A stretch of 64,000 nt of DNA from Candidatus Tayloriibacteriota bacterium. GTDB taxonomy: Bacteria; Patescibacteriota; Minisyncoccia; Phycocordibacterales; PALSA-1337. Shown here piece after piece: positions 19,414 to 29,516 of the stretch. Numbering within the stretch: the first letter of the stretch is position 1; each line of letters opens with the position of its first letter. The DNA lies in assembly GCA_943350765.1 (NCBI GenBank), contig CALRAJ010000004.1:19309-83308 (forward strand), written 5' to 3'. The position numbers and the translations under genes are program-made. The notes beneath the pieces are model-generated. The model was not told the origin of the DNA and did no database searches. It saw only the letters and a list, made by a program, of their open reading frames with translations.

Positions 19414-20577
19414 ATGTTTGATTTAAAAGTAATCAACTCAGTACTAGCCCAGATGGAAGAAGAGCGAGGTATTCCAAAAGAAAAAACCCTTGAAGCTATT
19501 AAACTAGCCCTCGCTACTGCATACAAAAAAGAATATGGTAAAAAAGGTCAGATAGTGAGAGCTGATTTTGACCTAAATACTGGTAAAACTGAGTTTTACC
19601 AGGTGAAAATCGTCGTAGATGAGTCAAAAGTCATTATGGAAGACGAGGCAGAAGATAATCTAGAAAATGTTGACATGGAAAATGTCCGTGTTCGATTTAA
19701 TCCCGAACATCACATCCTCCTTGCTGATGCAAAGAAGATTAAAAAAGGTGTCGCACTAGATGATGAAATGATTTTTCCCCTTGAACACAAAGACGACTAT
19801 GGTCGCATTGCTGCCCAGACTGCAAAGCAAATTATTATTCAAAAAATTCGAGAAGCCGAAAAGACCTCTGTGCTTGGCGAATATGGTAAACGAGAGGGTG
19901 AAATAGTAAATGGAACTGTCCAAAGAATGGAACGAGGTAATATCTTCATAGACATGGGGCGTACCACAGGTATTCTACCTTTCGAAGAGCAGATTCCAGG
20001 CGAAAGATATAAGCAGGGTGAGCGTGTTCGTGGATATCTTCAAATGGTAGAAGATGGTCAAAGAGGTGTACTTCTACGCATTTCTCGTGCCCACCCAAAG
20101 TTTTTAGCAAAACTTTTTGAAATTGAAGCTCCAGAAATCGCTTCGGGTACCGTGGCTATCAAGGCTATTGCTCGTGAAGCGGGGTCTCGTTCAAAAATAG
20201 CAGTGGCCTCAAATGATCCTCATATCGATCCCATCGGCTCAATGGTGGGACAGCGAGGAGTACGAGTATCCACAGTGATGAGCGAGCTTCATGGCGAGAA
20301 AATTGATATCATAGAATGGTCAGAGAAGCCAGAGAAGTTTATCGAGGACGCACTTTCACCTGCAAAAGTTTTATCAGTAAAACTTGATATAGCTAGCGGT
20401 AAGGCCAATGTAGAGGTAGCCCCAGATCAACAGTCTCTCGCAATAGGTAAAGGTGGGCAAAATGTCCGTCTAGCTGCAAAGCTCACTGGCTGGAAGATAG
20501 ATATTCAATCTGAGCCGGTAAAGATAGTGACAGTAGAAGCAGTGGCGGAAGTTGCACCTGAAATAAAAGCGGAGTAA
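19414..20577 (+). CDS. nusA: transcription termination/antitermination factor NusA
   Basis: NusA N-domain, S1 domain and two KH domains (GKGGQNVRLAAKLTGWKIDI). Confidence 0.9.
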   Translation: MFDLKVINSVLAQMEEERGIPKEKTLEAIKLALATAYKKEYGKKGQIVRADFDLNTGKTEFYQVKIVVDESKVIMEDEAEDNLENVDMENVRVRFNPEHHILLADAKKIKKGVALDDEMIFPLEHKDDYGRIAAQTAKQIIIQKIREAEKTSVLGEYGKREGEIVNGTVQRMERGNIFIDMGRTTGILPFEEQIPGERYKQGERVRGYLQMVEDGQRGVLLRISRAHPKFLAKLFEIEAPEIASGTVAIKAIAREAGSRSKIAVASNDPHIDPIGSMVGQRGVRVSTVMSELHGEKIDIIEWSEKPEKFIEDALSPAKVLSVKLDIASGKANVEVAPDQQSLAIGKGGQNVRLAAKLTGWKIDIQSEPVKIVTVEAVAEVAPEIKAE

Positions 20578-20697
20578 GAAATTCGTCGAAGGTGTATCTT
20601 TTTCCGAGACTTCGGAAGCGGGTAGTTGAGACGGAGAGATTTCCTACCAAAGAAATACTCGTGCTCGGAAAAAGATATGCCGAGAAAGAATTTCTTA
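20578..20697. repeat. degenerate MITE-like element (copy B, termini eroded)
   Basis: Core cttcggaagcgggtagttgagac...atactcgtgc...atatgccgagaaag matches the other copies. Confidence 0.5.
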
Positions 20698-20727
20698 TTT
20701 CTATCAAAAACATAACCAAAAAAACCC

Positions 20728-21276
20728 ATGCATTTTTTACACGACATCGCTCCAGGAACAGCTCAAAAGATCAATGTGATTATTGAGATTCCAAAAGGTT
20801 CAAAAAATAAATACGAAATCGACAAGGCGACTGGGATCATCGCTCTCGACCGAGTCGGACACACCAGCCAAGACTTCCCTTTTGACTACGGCTTTATTCC
20901 TCAGACACTTTGGGACGATGGCGACGCAATGGATGTAGTCGTACTTACCACCTACCCACTTTTTCCGGGAGTACTCGTGCGAGTGCGTCCAGTAGCTATT
21001 ATGAGCATGATAGACAGCGGTGATGCTGATGACAAGATCATTGCCGTGCCAGTAGACGATCCACGCTGGAATGATGTGGTCGATCTAGAAGACCTCAATC
21101 CGCACACCTTGCGAGAAATAGAGCATTTCTACTCAACCTATAAAAAACTTCAGAATAAAGAGGTGGTGATCAACGATTTCAAAGGCAAAGCAGCTGCTGA
21201 AGCAGCCTTTGCACGAGGTATCAAGTTTTATCAGGATGATATGAAGAAAAAAGGCAAGAAGGCTAAAACAAATTAG
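20728..21276 (+). CDS. ppa: inorganic pyrophosphatase
   Basis: EIPKGSKNKYE...DYGFIPQTLWDDGDAMDVVVL family-I PPase motifs. Confidence 0.9.
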   Translation: MHFLHDIAPGTAQKINVIIEIPKGSKNKYEIDKATGIIALDRVGHTSQDFPFDYGFIPQTLWDDGDAMDVVVLTTYPLFPGVLVRVRPVAIMSMIDSGDADDKIIAVPVDDPRWNDVVDLEDLNPHTLREIEHFYSTYKKLQNKEVVINDFKGKAAAEAAFARGIKFYQDDMKKKGKKAKTN

Positions 21277-21371
21277 TAAATTTGTTCGCCCTAGGGCGAT
21301 GGGTAGACCCGGGCTAGCCCAAACATTTTAGTAAAAATGTTTTAGGAGGAAGAAGAAGTAGCTAAACTCTA

Positions 21372-21411
21372 AAAACACCCCCGCGCCGAGTACGGCGCGG
21401 GGGTGTTTTTA
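21372..21411. terminator. bidirectional terminator hairpin between ppa and the ABC remnant
   Basis: aaaaacacccccgcgccgagtacggcgcgggggtgttttt. Confidence 0.6.
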
Positions 21412-21418
21412 TTTCTCA

Positions 21419-21763
21419 CTAAGCCTGTTGCTTATCCCAAAACTCTCGAAAACGCCCATCTCGCTCATACAACTCGTGAAATGTACCTGTTTCCAGTATT
21501 TTGCCCTCTTGTATCACAATAATCCTATTCATTTCTTTGATAGTCGAAAGTCGATGTGCGATAACCACAGCTGTCACATCTTTGAAAAAATGTGTGAGGG
21601 AATCCTGTATCTTTTGCTCAGATTCTACATCGAGGTGCGAGGTAGCTTCGTCTAGGAAAAGAATTTCTGGATTTTTAAACACTGCACGAATAAGGTATTC
21701 CCCACCGACGAGCACGCTGTAAGGTACCATTTTCATTAGATACCTTTCCTGTCCTAAGCACAC
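21419..21763 (-). pseudogene. C-terminal remnant of an ABC-transporter ATP-binding protein
   Basis: Only Walker B (ILFLDEATSHLD), the H-loop (AHRLSTI) and the C-terminus are present; Walker A and the permease part are absent. Confidence 0.55.
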
Positions 21764-21821
21764 ACAAAACGCCTGCTAGTCTGGAATTTCAGGCAAAATG
21801 TAACGCAAAACATTTCACAAC

Positions 21822-22529
21822 TTACAAAAGCAACAAACTCGCTATCGCCACCCCCGCCGTCTCAGCACGGAGAGTTTGTTTGCCCAGTGAGTAAATAGGG
21901 ATATTTTTGGATTTGAAAAGCTCAATCTCTTTTTCACTAAAACCTCCTTCGGGTCCAATGAGGACGCCCAAAGGATTTTTGCCCACCATCACAACAGACT
22001 TTTCAAAAGTTATTCCCTCGACATGAAACACTATCAGATTTTCTAAAATGGAATCTTTTTGTTCCAAAATATCGTTAAGTGAAACAGGTTCACAGACCTC
22101 AGGCACACTCGCCCAGCCAGACTGCTCAGTCGCCTCCACTACTATTTTCCTCGCCCTCTCCATATTCAAATCCTTTTTTTCGCTTCTTTCAGAAACAATC
22201 GGCACAAAACGATTCACCCCGAGCTCCGTCCCCTTTTGCAATACCCATTCAAAGTTGTCTTTTTTAATAAGCGAGAGATACATGGTGACTTTTTGCGCGG
22301 GAGATGAGAGTCCTTCCCACCTTTCCTTGACCAAAAACTCAGCTACCTTTTTTGTCAGCAAGGTGATTTCGCACAAGGTTTCACCTCCAGTTCCATCAAA
22401 CAAAATCACCGTATCACCAGCCTTAAACCGAAAAACCTTGCTCATTTGGTGCAATAACTCAGGGTTGGTGAGAGAAATCTGCTCTTTTCCGCCTATTTTC
22501 TCATCTACAAAGAATCTGTGTGTTTTCAT
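21822..22529 (-). CDS. rsmE: 16S rRNA (uracil1498-N3)-methyltransferase RsmE
   Basis: MKTHRFFV...GDTVILFDGTGGE...GPEGGFSEKEIE matches the RsmE family. Confidence 0.8.
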   Translation of the reverse strand: MKTHRFFVDEKIGGKEQISLTNPELLHQMSKVFRFKAGDTVILFDGTGGETLCEITLLTKKVAEFLVKERWEGLSSPAQKVTMYLSLIKKDNFEWVLQKGTELGVNRFVPIVSERSEKKDLNMERARKIVVEATEQSGWASVPEVCEPVSLNDILEQKDSILENLIVFHVEGITFEKSVVMVGKNPLGVLIGPEGGFSEKEIELFKSKNIPIYSLGKQTLRAETAGVAIASLLLL

Positions 22530-22625
22530 AAAATACAGTATACCTGTTTTTTACAAAAAGTCTGTTACTTTGCATCCCGTGAAAATATGGTATAGTATGA
22601 ATCCTAATCAGTAATCAAAACACCC

Positions 22626-23201
22626 ATGTCATATCTCATCCCCACAGTTATAGAAAAATCACCCTTTGGCGAACGAGCCTATGATATTTACTCTAGACTA
22701 CTTCGTGATGGTATTATTTTTCTTGGTGGACCGATCGATGACGGCGTAGCTAACACAGTCATTGCCCAGATGCTTTTCCTTCAGTCTGAAGATCCAAAAA
22801 AGGAGATTAGTCTGTATGTAAACTCTCCAGGAGGCTCAGTAACAGCTACACTTGCAATCATCGACACCATGAATTTTGTGAAAAACGATGTAGCGACCTA
22901 CTGCGTAGGTCTCGCTGCTTCTGGTGGTGCCATGGTGCTTTCTGCTGGCAAAAAAGGTAAAAGATATATCCTCCAAAATGCCGAGGTGATGATACACCAG
23001 CCACTTGGTGGTGCAGAGGGTCAAGCGACTGATATTGCCATCAGTGCAAAGCATATTTTGAGAACTCGAGAGAATCTAGCCAAAATGCTCGCTAAAAACT
23101 GTGATCAGACTGTGGCACAAATCGAAAAAGACATCGAACGAGACTTCTATATGTCTGCGGAGGAAGCAAAAAAATACGGAATTGTAGATAAAATTTTGTA
23201 A
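22626..23201 (+). CDS. clpP: ATP-dependent Clp protease proteolytic subunit
   Basis: [20 protein letters not shown]...NSPGGSVTA...MIHQPLGG; catalytic Ser and His context. Confidence 0.9.
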   Translation: MSYLIPTVIEKSPFGERAYDIYSRLLRDGIIFLGGPIDDGVANTVIAQMLFLQSEDPKKEISLYVNSPGGSVTATLAIIDTMNFVKNDVATYCVGLAASGGAMVLSAGKKGKRYILQNAEVMIHQPLGGAEGQATDIAISAKHILRTRENLAKMLAKNCDQTVAQIEKDIERDFYMSAEEAKKYGIVDKIL

Positions 23202-23386
23202 AATTGGACAAATACTAGTAAATACTATACTATATCTTTATTACTGGTATTAATTTGGTTCCGCCTTTTACCTTATCGGGCATAATAACAATGGTACAAT
23301 TACAAGAAAAAATGATACAAACCCAGAAAACATCTCGTATTTTATGCCGTTTTTAGCACTTTAAACAGAAGGCGGACTATCCGCAT

Positions 23387-24916
23387 ATGTCATTACAAAT
23401 CATCGTACTTATCATAAGCCTCGTAGGTCTTTTGGGTATTGCTCTTGGATATTATCTTCGACTTATAATTTCTTTGGGTAAAAGAGGTTCAATGGAATTA
23501 GAGATCAAAGAGATGCTCCTTGGGGCAAAGGAACAAGCAAAAAAGGTAACTACTGAGGCAGAAACAAAAGCTATCGAGACCATTCAAGAAGCTAGAAAAG
23601 AAGCTCGTGAAAAAGAAGAAAAACTCAAGCAAACAGAAATCCGCCTTATTAAAAAGGAGGACTTGCTCGATGGTCGCCAGTCAGATATAGACAAGGAAGT
23701 CGAGAACATCAAAGCTAAAATTATTGAGGTCAAGGACATTCGGGACAAAGCGGAAAGGCTTCATGCCGAAAAGAGGCTTGAGCTAGAGCGGACAGCTCGT
23801 ATGAGCGAAGTAGAGGCGAAACAAGAGCTGATCAAAACCATTGAAAAGCAGAACGAGGAAGACATACTCGTCCGTATGCAGAAGCTTGAAATGGCTGGGA
23901 CTGAAGCCTTAGAAAAAAAGGCTCAAAGTATTTTAGCTATTTCCATTCAACGAATGGCAAACTCTGTGGCAGGAGAAATGATGTCTACAAATGTCCCCAT
24001 AGTGAGTGATGACATAAAAGGTAAAATCATCGGAAAAGAAGGAAGAAATATCAAAGCTTTTGAAAGAATCACTGGCGTAGAGGTCATTGTCGACGACACC
24101 CCAGGAGCCATCACAATTTCGTCATTTGACCCTGTACGAAGGCAGGTGGCAAAGACCGCCCTCGAGGAACTCATCAAAGACGGTCGTATTCAACCTGCAA
24201 AAATAGAAAAAGTGGTAGAGGAAGCCCAGCAAAATATCAATAAAATAATCAAGGAAAAAGGTGAGCAGGCAGTCTACGAATGTGGGGTTATTGGTCTTGA
24301 TCCACGAATCATAGCTATCCTTGGACGCCTTCACTACCGTACAAGCTATGGTCAAAATGTACTACAACATTCCATAGAGATGTCACATATTGCTGGCATG
24401 ATAGCAAGCGAGCTAAAAGCCAATGTTTCCGTAGCAAAAGCAGGTGCCCTACTCCACGATCTTGGCAAAGCGGTGGATCACGAAGTCGCAGGTACTCATG
24501 TAGAAATCGGTCGTCGTATCTTGCAAAAGTTTGGAGCTAGTGAAGATATTATAAAGGCTATGCAGGCACATCACGAGGAATATCCTTATGAAACAGTCGA
24601 ATCTATTATTGTACAGTGTGCAGATGCTATTTCTGGTTCTCGTCCAGGGGCACGACAGGATAGCATTGAAAACTACCTGAAGCGTCTTGGTGACCTAGAA
24701 GCGATTGCCAATTCATTCAAGGGTGTTGAAAAGTCATACGCCTTACAAGCAGGTCGTGAGATCCGTATTTTTGTAAATCCTGAACAAATGACTGATCTAG
24801 AAGCAAAAACTCTGGCTCGAGATATTGCGATTAAAGTAGAAAAGGACTTGAAATACCCAGGTGAGATCAAGGTAAATGTAATCCGCGAGCTGAGAGCGAT
24901 AGAGTTTGCGAGGTAG
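23387..24916 (+). CDS. rny: ribonuclease Y
   Basis: N-terminal TM, coiled coil, KH domain (GKIIGKEGRNIKAFE) and HD domain (LLHDLGKA). Confidence 0.9.
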   Translation: MSLQIIVLIISLVGLLGIALGYYLRLIISLGKRGSMELEIKEMLLGAKEQAKKVTTEAETKAIETIQEARKEAREKEEKLKQTEIRLIKKEDLLDGRQSDIDKEVENIKAKIIEVKDIRDKAERLHAEKRLELERTARMSEVEAKQELIKTIEKQNEEDILVRMQKLEMAGTEALEKKAQSILAISIQRMANSVAGEMMSTNVPIVSDDIKGKIIGKEGRNIKAFERITGVEVIVDDTPGAITISSFDPVRRQVAKTALEELIKDGRIQPAKIEKVVEEAQQNINKIIKEKGEQAVYECGVIGLDPRIIAILGRLHYRTSYGQNVLQHSIEMSHIAGMIASELKANVSVAKAGALLHDLGKAVDHEVAGTHVEIGRRILQKFGASEDIIKAMQAHHEEYPYETVESIIVQCADAISGSRPGARQDSIENYLKRLGDLEAIANSFKGVEKSYALQAGREIRIFVNPEQMTDLEAKTLARDIAIKVEKDLKYPGEIKVNVIRELRAIEFAR

Positions 24917-24944
24917 AAACTGGCTAGAAAACATAGACAAGAAT

Positions 24945-24982
24945 AACATCCCCGAATTTTCTACCGAAAATTCGGGGATGTT
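24945..24982. terminator. terminator-like hairpin of the TCTAC-loop family (catccccgaattttctaccgaaaattcggggatg)
   Basis: Perfect stem followed by a T-run; lies after rny. Confidence 0.55.
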
Positions 24983-25126
24983 ATTTTTAAATACCTGGAC
25001 ATTCGCTTTGGTGGGCTCAGAATACAAAAACCATAAGGTTGCTTCGCTATTTTGGCCGATACCGAGGGGGATACCTCGGTACACACGATTTATATAGTCG
25101 CTCCGCTCCTTATAAATCGGTGCTTG

Positions 25127-25172
25127 CACTTCGCCTTGGTAGGCTCAGCACGGTCGGCACCGATATGCCTCC
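25127..25172. repeat. single copy of the 49-bp repeat unit found at 6777-6883
   Basis: cacttcgccttggtaggctcagca plus cggtcggcaccgatatgcctcc. Confidence 0.5.
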
Positions 25173-25323
25173 TTGCATAAAAAATGGCTTATTATATAAT
25201 GGTCACAGAGGTTAGATTTCTGTATGGAGGTATCTACACAGAAAGTTTTATAATAAATACACATAGGTCGATGTTTTTGTTTTCTATAATTTATTAGAAT
25301 TAGACAAGTAACTTTTTTACAAT

Positions 25324-25596
25324 ATGAATAAACAAGCAATTGTTGACGCAGTACACGCAATACTCGGTGGCACCAAAGTACAGGCTGAGCAGGCTGTAGA
25401 CACCGTAGTAGACTCAATCATCAATACCCTAAAGAAAGGTGAGGAAGTATCTATCGCAGGGGTAGGTATATTTTCAGTAAAGCAGAGAGCTGCTCGAGAC
25501 GCTCGCAACCCTCGCACAGGTGAAACCATCAAGGTTCCTGCGATGAAAGTACCGAAGTTTAGAGCTGCTAAAGCGTTGAAGGAAGCGGTGAAGTAG
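25324..25596 (+). CDS. hup: DNA-binding protein HU
   Basis: MNKQAIVDAV...GFGSF-like arm...RNPRTGETIKVPA matches the HU/IHF family. Confidence 0.9.
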   Translation: MNKQAIVDAVHAILGGTKVQAEQAVDTVVDSIINTLKKGEEVSIAGVGIFSVKQRAARDARNPRTGETIKVPAMKVPKFRAAKALKEAVK

Positions 25597-25640
25597 CATT
25601 TTATCGTCTTTTATTGGCCAAACTTACCGCTTTTGTGATC

Positions 25641-26429
25641 TTAGTTTGTACCCGTCTCACGACTCCACTTGGTATATAGTGCTTCGTTATCTTTATAATA
25701 TCCAGCCTTAAACTCTGGTGAATGTTTAAATATCTCAATCTCCTTGAAACCAACCTCGTCAGAAAGTAACGCATCCACTGACCGCTGAGCAACTTCATCC
25801 GGAGTTAGCCAATAGGTGAGATCGGCAAAAGGTCGCACCTTGAGCGCAGACTTCGTGACAGTAGAGCTCACATTAATAGAGAGCCCACTTACCCAATTCG
25901 GATAGAGGCCAACAGCCGACTGAATATACTGTCGACAGAGATTTTTTGCCTCACAGAAGCCCTCGATTACAAAGGGAGCATACTTATCAGGAATACCTCC
26001 AAGTAGAGCAACTTTTAGCTGAACAATCTTCCCCGACTCACAAACAGCATGTAGTATATTTATCAGATAACGCAGTGGGGATTTAAAGGTATTCACATTA
26101 GTATCGTATATATCCGGGTCAATAGTCTTCATCTTTTGGATAGTCGGGTATCCTCGGGGATCGTACTTGTCTACTCCGATTGTGTGTAGAAAGATCACCC
26201 TGTCATACTGGGCAAAATTAATAGACTTAAATGAACCCTCGATCGATCGCGCATCAGAAAGGTCACATCGCACTATTTGTATACATGGCGAGGTCAGAAG
26301 TAATGGAGTATTTCTAAGCACTGCAACAGTCTCTATCTGTTTCTCTGCAAGGACACTACAAAATTGCGTTCCTATTTCCCCTGCCGCCCCAGCAACAATT
26401 ACTATGGTTTTTATTTGTTTTATATTCAT
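25641..26429 (-). CDS. NAD(P)-binding Rossmann-fold protein (NmrA/SDR-like)
   Basis: N-terminal IVIVAGAAGEIG glycine-rich dinucleotide-binding motif. Confidence 0.55.
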   Translation of the reverse strand: MNIKQIKTIVIVAGAAGEIGTQFCSVLAEKQIETVAVLRNTPLLLTSPCIQIVRCDLSDARSIEGSFKSINFAQYDRVIFLHTIGVDKYDPRGYPTIQKMKTIDPDIYDTNVNTFKSPLRYLINILHAVCESGKIVQLKVALLGGIPDKYAPFVIEGFCEAKNLCRQYIQSAVGLYPNWVSGLSINVSSTVTKSALKVRPFADLTYWLTPDEVAQRSVDALLSDEVGFKEIEIFKHSPEFKAGYYKDNEALYTKWSRETGTN

Positions 26430-26542
26430 ACAATAGAAGTCTACCAGCTCTAGTTGACAATATCTAATAAAACTGTCTTTATATGTAGAAAGTAAACTGT
26501 TAGTTTACTTTCTACTATTAAAAAGCTATACTAGCCTTATAT

Positions 26543-27379
26543 ATGAGTCTTCTAAAACCAAGTACTCTCGAAGAAGTGGTGGTCAAGTTTTTATCGGAGG
26601 GCGAGAAATCCACAGCCACTCTACTTACAAAAATCAGAGAATCGGGCAGAGACATTACGAAACAAGGTTTCTATAAAGCTCTGCGGAAGTTAAAGGGCGA
26701 GGAGATCATTCTCGTATATCGAAAAATTGTTTCACTGGACACCGTTTGGATAAAGAAAATGGGTGATCTGTTTGAAGAAATCACCAAAGCACATGCACTC
26801 AGGCGAGATTCCTTCGATATCGTTGGACTTGACGACAGAGAAAGCATGACCTACTTATTTTCGAATGCAAAAAACCTGGATACTTTTTGGGGTTACATAC
26901 AGAGCATCCTCATACACAAAATAGAGCCGTGTGAGCCGATTTTTTCATACGACCCCCATTATTGGTTTTATATTGCCCGAAAAGAACGTGAACAGGAGCT
27001 ACTGAAAGAGATGGTCGAGCATAAACGCCAGTTTCTCATGACTGTCGGAGGTACTACCCCGCTCGACAAAGTCGTACGACAGGATTTCAACAACGACTAC
27101 CTTCAGTACAATTACAAAAAGATGTTTGACGCGCCTAATTATTACATTACCCTGCTCAGCGACTACATTATTGAAGTTACACTCGACATTTCTGTCTCGA
27201 CAGAGATAGAAAATATATATCAAAATGAAAAAGTGATTACTGCCGAAATCATTAATAGTTTAGACAAGCTTCTTTTATCTAAGGGCAGAAACAAAATAAA
27301 AATCTCAAGAAACAGAAAGAGAGCAGTTCTACTCCGCAAAAAATTCCAAAAGGATTTTTATAAACTGAGGGAAAAATAG
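26543..27379 (+). CDS. hypothetical protein with a predicted N-terminal winged-helix region
   Basis: ORF only; no recognisable catalytic motif. Confidence 0.4.
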   Translation: MSLLKPSTLEEVVVKFLSEGEKSTATLLTKIRESGRDITKQGFYKALRKLKGEEIILVYRKIVSLDTVWIKKMGDLFEEITKAHALRRDSFDIVGLDDRESMTYLFSNAKNLDTFWGYIQSILIHKIEPCEPIFSYDPHYWFYIARKEREQELLKEMVEHKRQFLMTVGGTTPLDKVVRQDFNNDYLQYNYKKMFDAPNYYITLLSDYIIEVTLDISVSTEIENIYQNEKVITAEIINSLDKLLLSKGRNKIKISRNRKRAVLLRKKFQKDFYKLREK

Positions 27380-27609
27380 CAGGCGGGAGACGCTTCGCTA
27401 TCTCACTCGCCCTCCGTTTGTCGAGCCCCTTAGAAACCTCGTCTACAGATGCACATCATCTACCGATGTGCCGAGGTTTCTAACACTCGAGTACTCGTTG
27501 TTTTCCTCCACGGGAAAACGCCTGTTTTCCCGACCCCTTTCCGGTTCGATTCTCCCTACCCACAAAAAATAAGAAAACCTCAGGTAAACTGAGGTTTTCT
27601 TATTTTTTG
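27380..27609 (+). repeat. conserved tRNA-Gly-associated module, copy 1 (structured; ends in an inverted mimic of the tRNA-Gly 3' half plus a terminator hairpin)
   Basis: About 70% identical to 31467-31658; conserved blocks ggcgggagacgcttcgctatc, gaaacctcgtctacagatgcacatcatctaccgatgtgcc, ggttcgattctccc. Confidence 0.6.
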
Positions 27610-27680
27610 TGCGGGACGGGAGAATCGAACTCCCACCAAGAGTTTGGAAAACTCCTATTCTACCATTAAACTAGTCCCGC
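27610..27680 (-). tRNA. tRNA-Gly (anticodon UCC)
   Basis: Manual cloverleaf: acceptor GCGGGAC/GUCCCGC, anticodon loop UUUCCAA, T-arm GGGAGUUCGAUUCUCCC. Confidence 0.85.
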
Positions 27681-27737
27681 CTACGCTTTTGCTCTGGCGG
27701 GGTAAAGCCCGCAAGACCTAATACCCACACATACTAT

Positions 27738-27770
27738 CAAACAAAACACTCCCTCGCAATGGAGGGAGTG
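27738..27770. terminator. bidirectional terminator hairpin
   Basis: aaacactccctcgcaatggagggagtgtttt. Confidence 0.6.
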
Positions 27771-28021
27771 TTTTGAGCTAGACTACTTTGCTTTTGAGCA
27801 AGTGCAAGCATTTGGAGCACACTTTGTACATGGAACTGCCATATTTTTTAAATCTCAGCTCTTTATCAAGCCGAAACAAATTAGGCTAATAAATGAAATT
27901 CGGGTTATTTAAACAATGCGCATTGCTCAAATAACAGCCTAAATTATACACCTAAATAACTCCAAAAATACAATAAAACAATACGTTGACGATATGTCAA
28001 TACCAGTATGAAGTCGTGGCT

Positions 28022-28372
28022 CTACTTCCTTTGAGAGTTGGCACGAGAGGACACCAGGAGCACTTTGTCAAAATCATCGTCCTTGACGACTTTATTTCGC
28101 TTTTTGAAACCGCAAACAACACATTCTTGCACCAAAACATAGTCCCCTGCCTTATTTTCCACCTCCACAGGTTTCATTAGTCCCCCACAGGTGGCTTTTC
28201 GGTCCCCGGGGTGAATATCCACATGTTTGCTGTAGAGACATTTCGGGCAATGATTGGTATAGCCATTCCCCACCACCTCATATTTGCAGTGTTCGCAGGT
28301 AAAATTTTCAATTGTGCGGGTGAATTGTTTAGACATAAGGTTTAGATTAGTATGAATGTAAAACAAAGTCAA
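28022..28372 (-). CDS. RNHCP-domain zinc-ribbon protein
   Basis: CEHCKYEVVGNGYTNHCPKCLYSKHVDIHPGDR...CGG...CVVCGFKK: paired CxxC clusters and the NHCPxCL(Y/W)SKHVD signature. Confidence 0.6.
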   Translation of the reverse strand: MTLFYIHTNLNLMSKQFTRTIENFTCEHCKYEVVGNGYTNHCPKCLYSKHVDIHPGDRKATCGGLMKPVEVENKAGDYVLVQECVVCGFKKRNKVVKDDDFDKVLLVSSRANSQRK

Positions 28373-28459
28373 AGTCGTGTTATGAGGACTTTTTAAAATT
28401 AAAAAACCCCGAGATCAATCTCGAGGCTTGTGTTAACTTTCTAAACCCGATTATCTTTT

Positions 28460-29383
28460 TTATACACTAGTAGGTAGTTCCACTTCTACATCAAACCGTG
28501 CTTCTTTGTAGTAAGCCACTACGAATTCCTCCTGACCAAGTTCATGGTAACTTCCCAGACTTTTATTGAAGCGTGAACGACAAGTCACAACAAGAAAAGG
28601 GTCTGGGGGTGGTAAAGTTTTCACAGGAGAGTAGTATCGAACATGTTCTTCCTTTAAACCTGGACCTTTCATCCGCAACTCTCTAGCAAGAAATCTCCTG
28701 TCATCACTATCCAGTAACATTACAGTGAAGGCTAGCTCTGAACAGCCCACTTCATCAGTGGCCCTCATTTTGATTTCAGCAGCGATTTCTATTACCATTT
28801 TTGGAATAGGGAGCCGGTGATCATATATCGGCTCTGTTCTCCAATAAAACAATGCCCCCTGACCAATATCCTTCAGTTTAAAGAGAGTATCGATTGGTAA
28901 AGGCATATTCGAGGCAGTATTGCCGTACACAACAATTGCTATCAGTCCAAAAACAAGAGCAAATCCTCCGAAGATATTGCCGATACCAAAGAACTTATAT
29001 ACTCCGTATCCAGTAGCAACAACGGGTACAAGGTATATCGCAACCGCACAGACAGCACACAAGAACTGCATGGCTCGAACACAAAGTCTGGCCGTCAGAA
29101 ACTTGCCTGCCATATACTCCATGAATGGTAAGATGCCGGCAGCAAGATTGTACTTAAACTCCAACCACGCCATCCTGCGACGCACTGCTTTGGCATCGAA
29201 GTATCCAATTCCCGCCTCGCGTAGCACTCTCTGGAGAGGTGGCTCCGTATGGCGCATCACCTCATCAAGATTATAACCAACCACTCTGGAAAACTTTTCC
29301 ATTTCTGCCGTACAGTGATCTTTGACATATTGAATTTTCATTGAACTATTTAATCGACTGATTCGTACCACAGCGATACTCAT
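28460..29383 (-). CDS. hypothetical polytopic membrane protein
   Basis: Several hydrophobic helices in the central third (AVCAVAIYLVPVVATGYGVYKFFGIGNIFGGFALVFGLIAIVVYG); terminator at 28399-28425. Confidence 0.5.
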   Translation of the reverse strand: MSIAVVRISRLNSSMKIQYVKDHCTAEMEKFSRVVGYNLDEVMRHTEPPLQRVLREAGIGYFDAKAVRRRMAWLEFKYNLAAGILPFMEYMAGKFLTARLCVRAMQFLCAVCAVAIYLVPVVATGYGVYKFFGIGNIFGGFALVFGLIAIVVYGNTASNMPLPIDTLFKLKDIGQGALFYWRTEPIYDHRLPIPKMVIEIAAEIKMRATDEVGCSELAFTVMLLDSDDRRFLARELRMKGPGLKEEHVRYYSPVKTLPPPDPFLVVTCRSRFNKSLGSYHELGQEEFVVAYYKEARFDVEVELPTSV

Positions 29384-29516
29384 CCTCGATTTCCTTTCAT
29401 TGTATAGATTATCACGAAATACTAGTTATGTAAATATATTATCGTCTATTCTAGTATATTTGCATATTATATCTATATAATGTATACTATTACTGACGAA
29501 TTATCTCGTCATCTAT

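Noticed and set aside
27380-27609. tmRNA interpretation of the tRNA-Gly-associated module
   Set aside because: At about 200 nt it is too short and has no tag-peptide reading frame or resume codon. It has a tRNA-like 3' mimic but no matching 5' acceptor strand.
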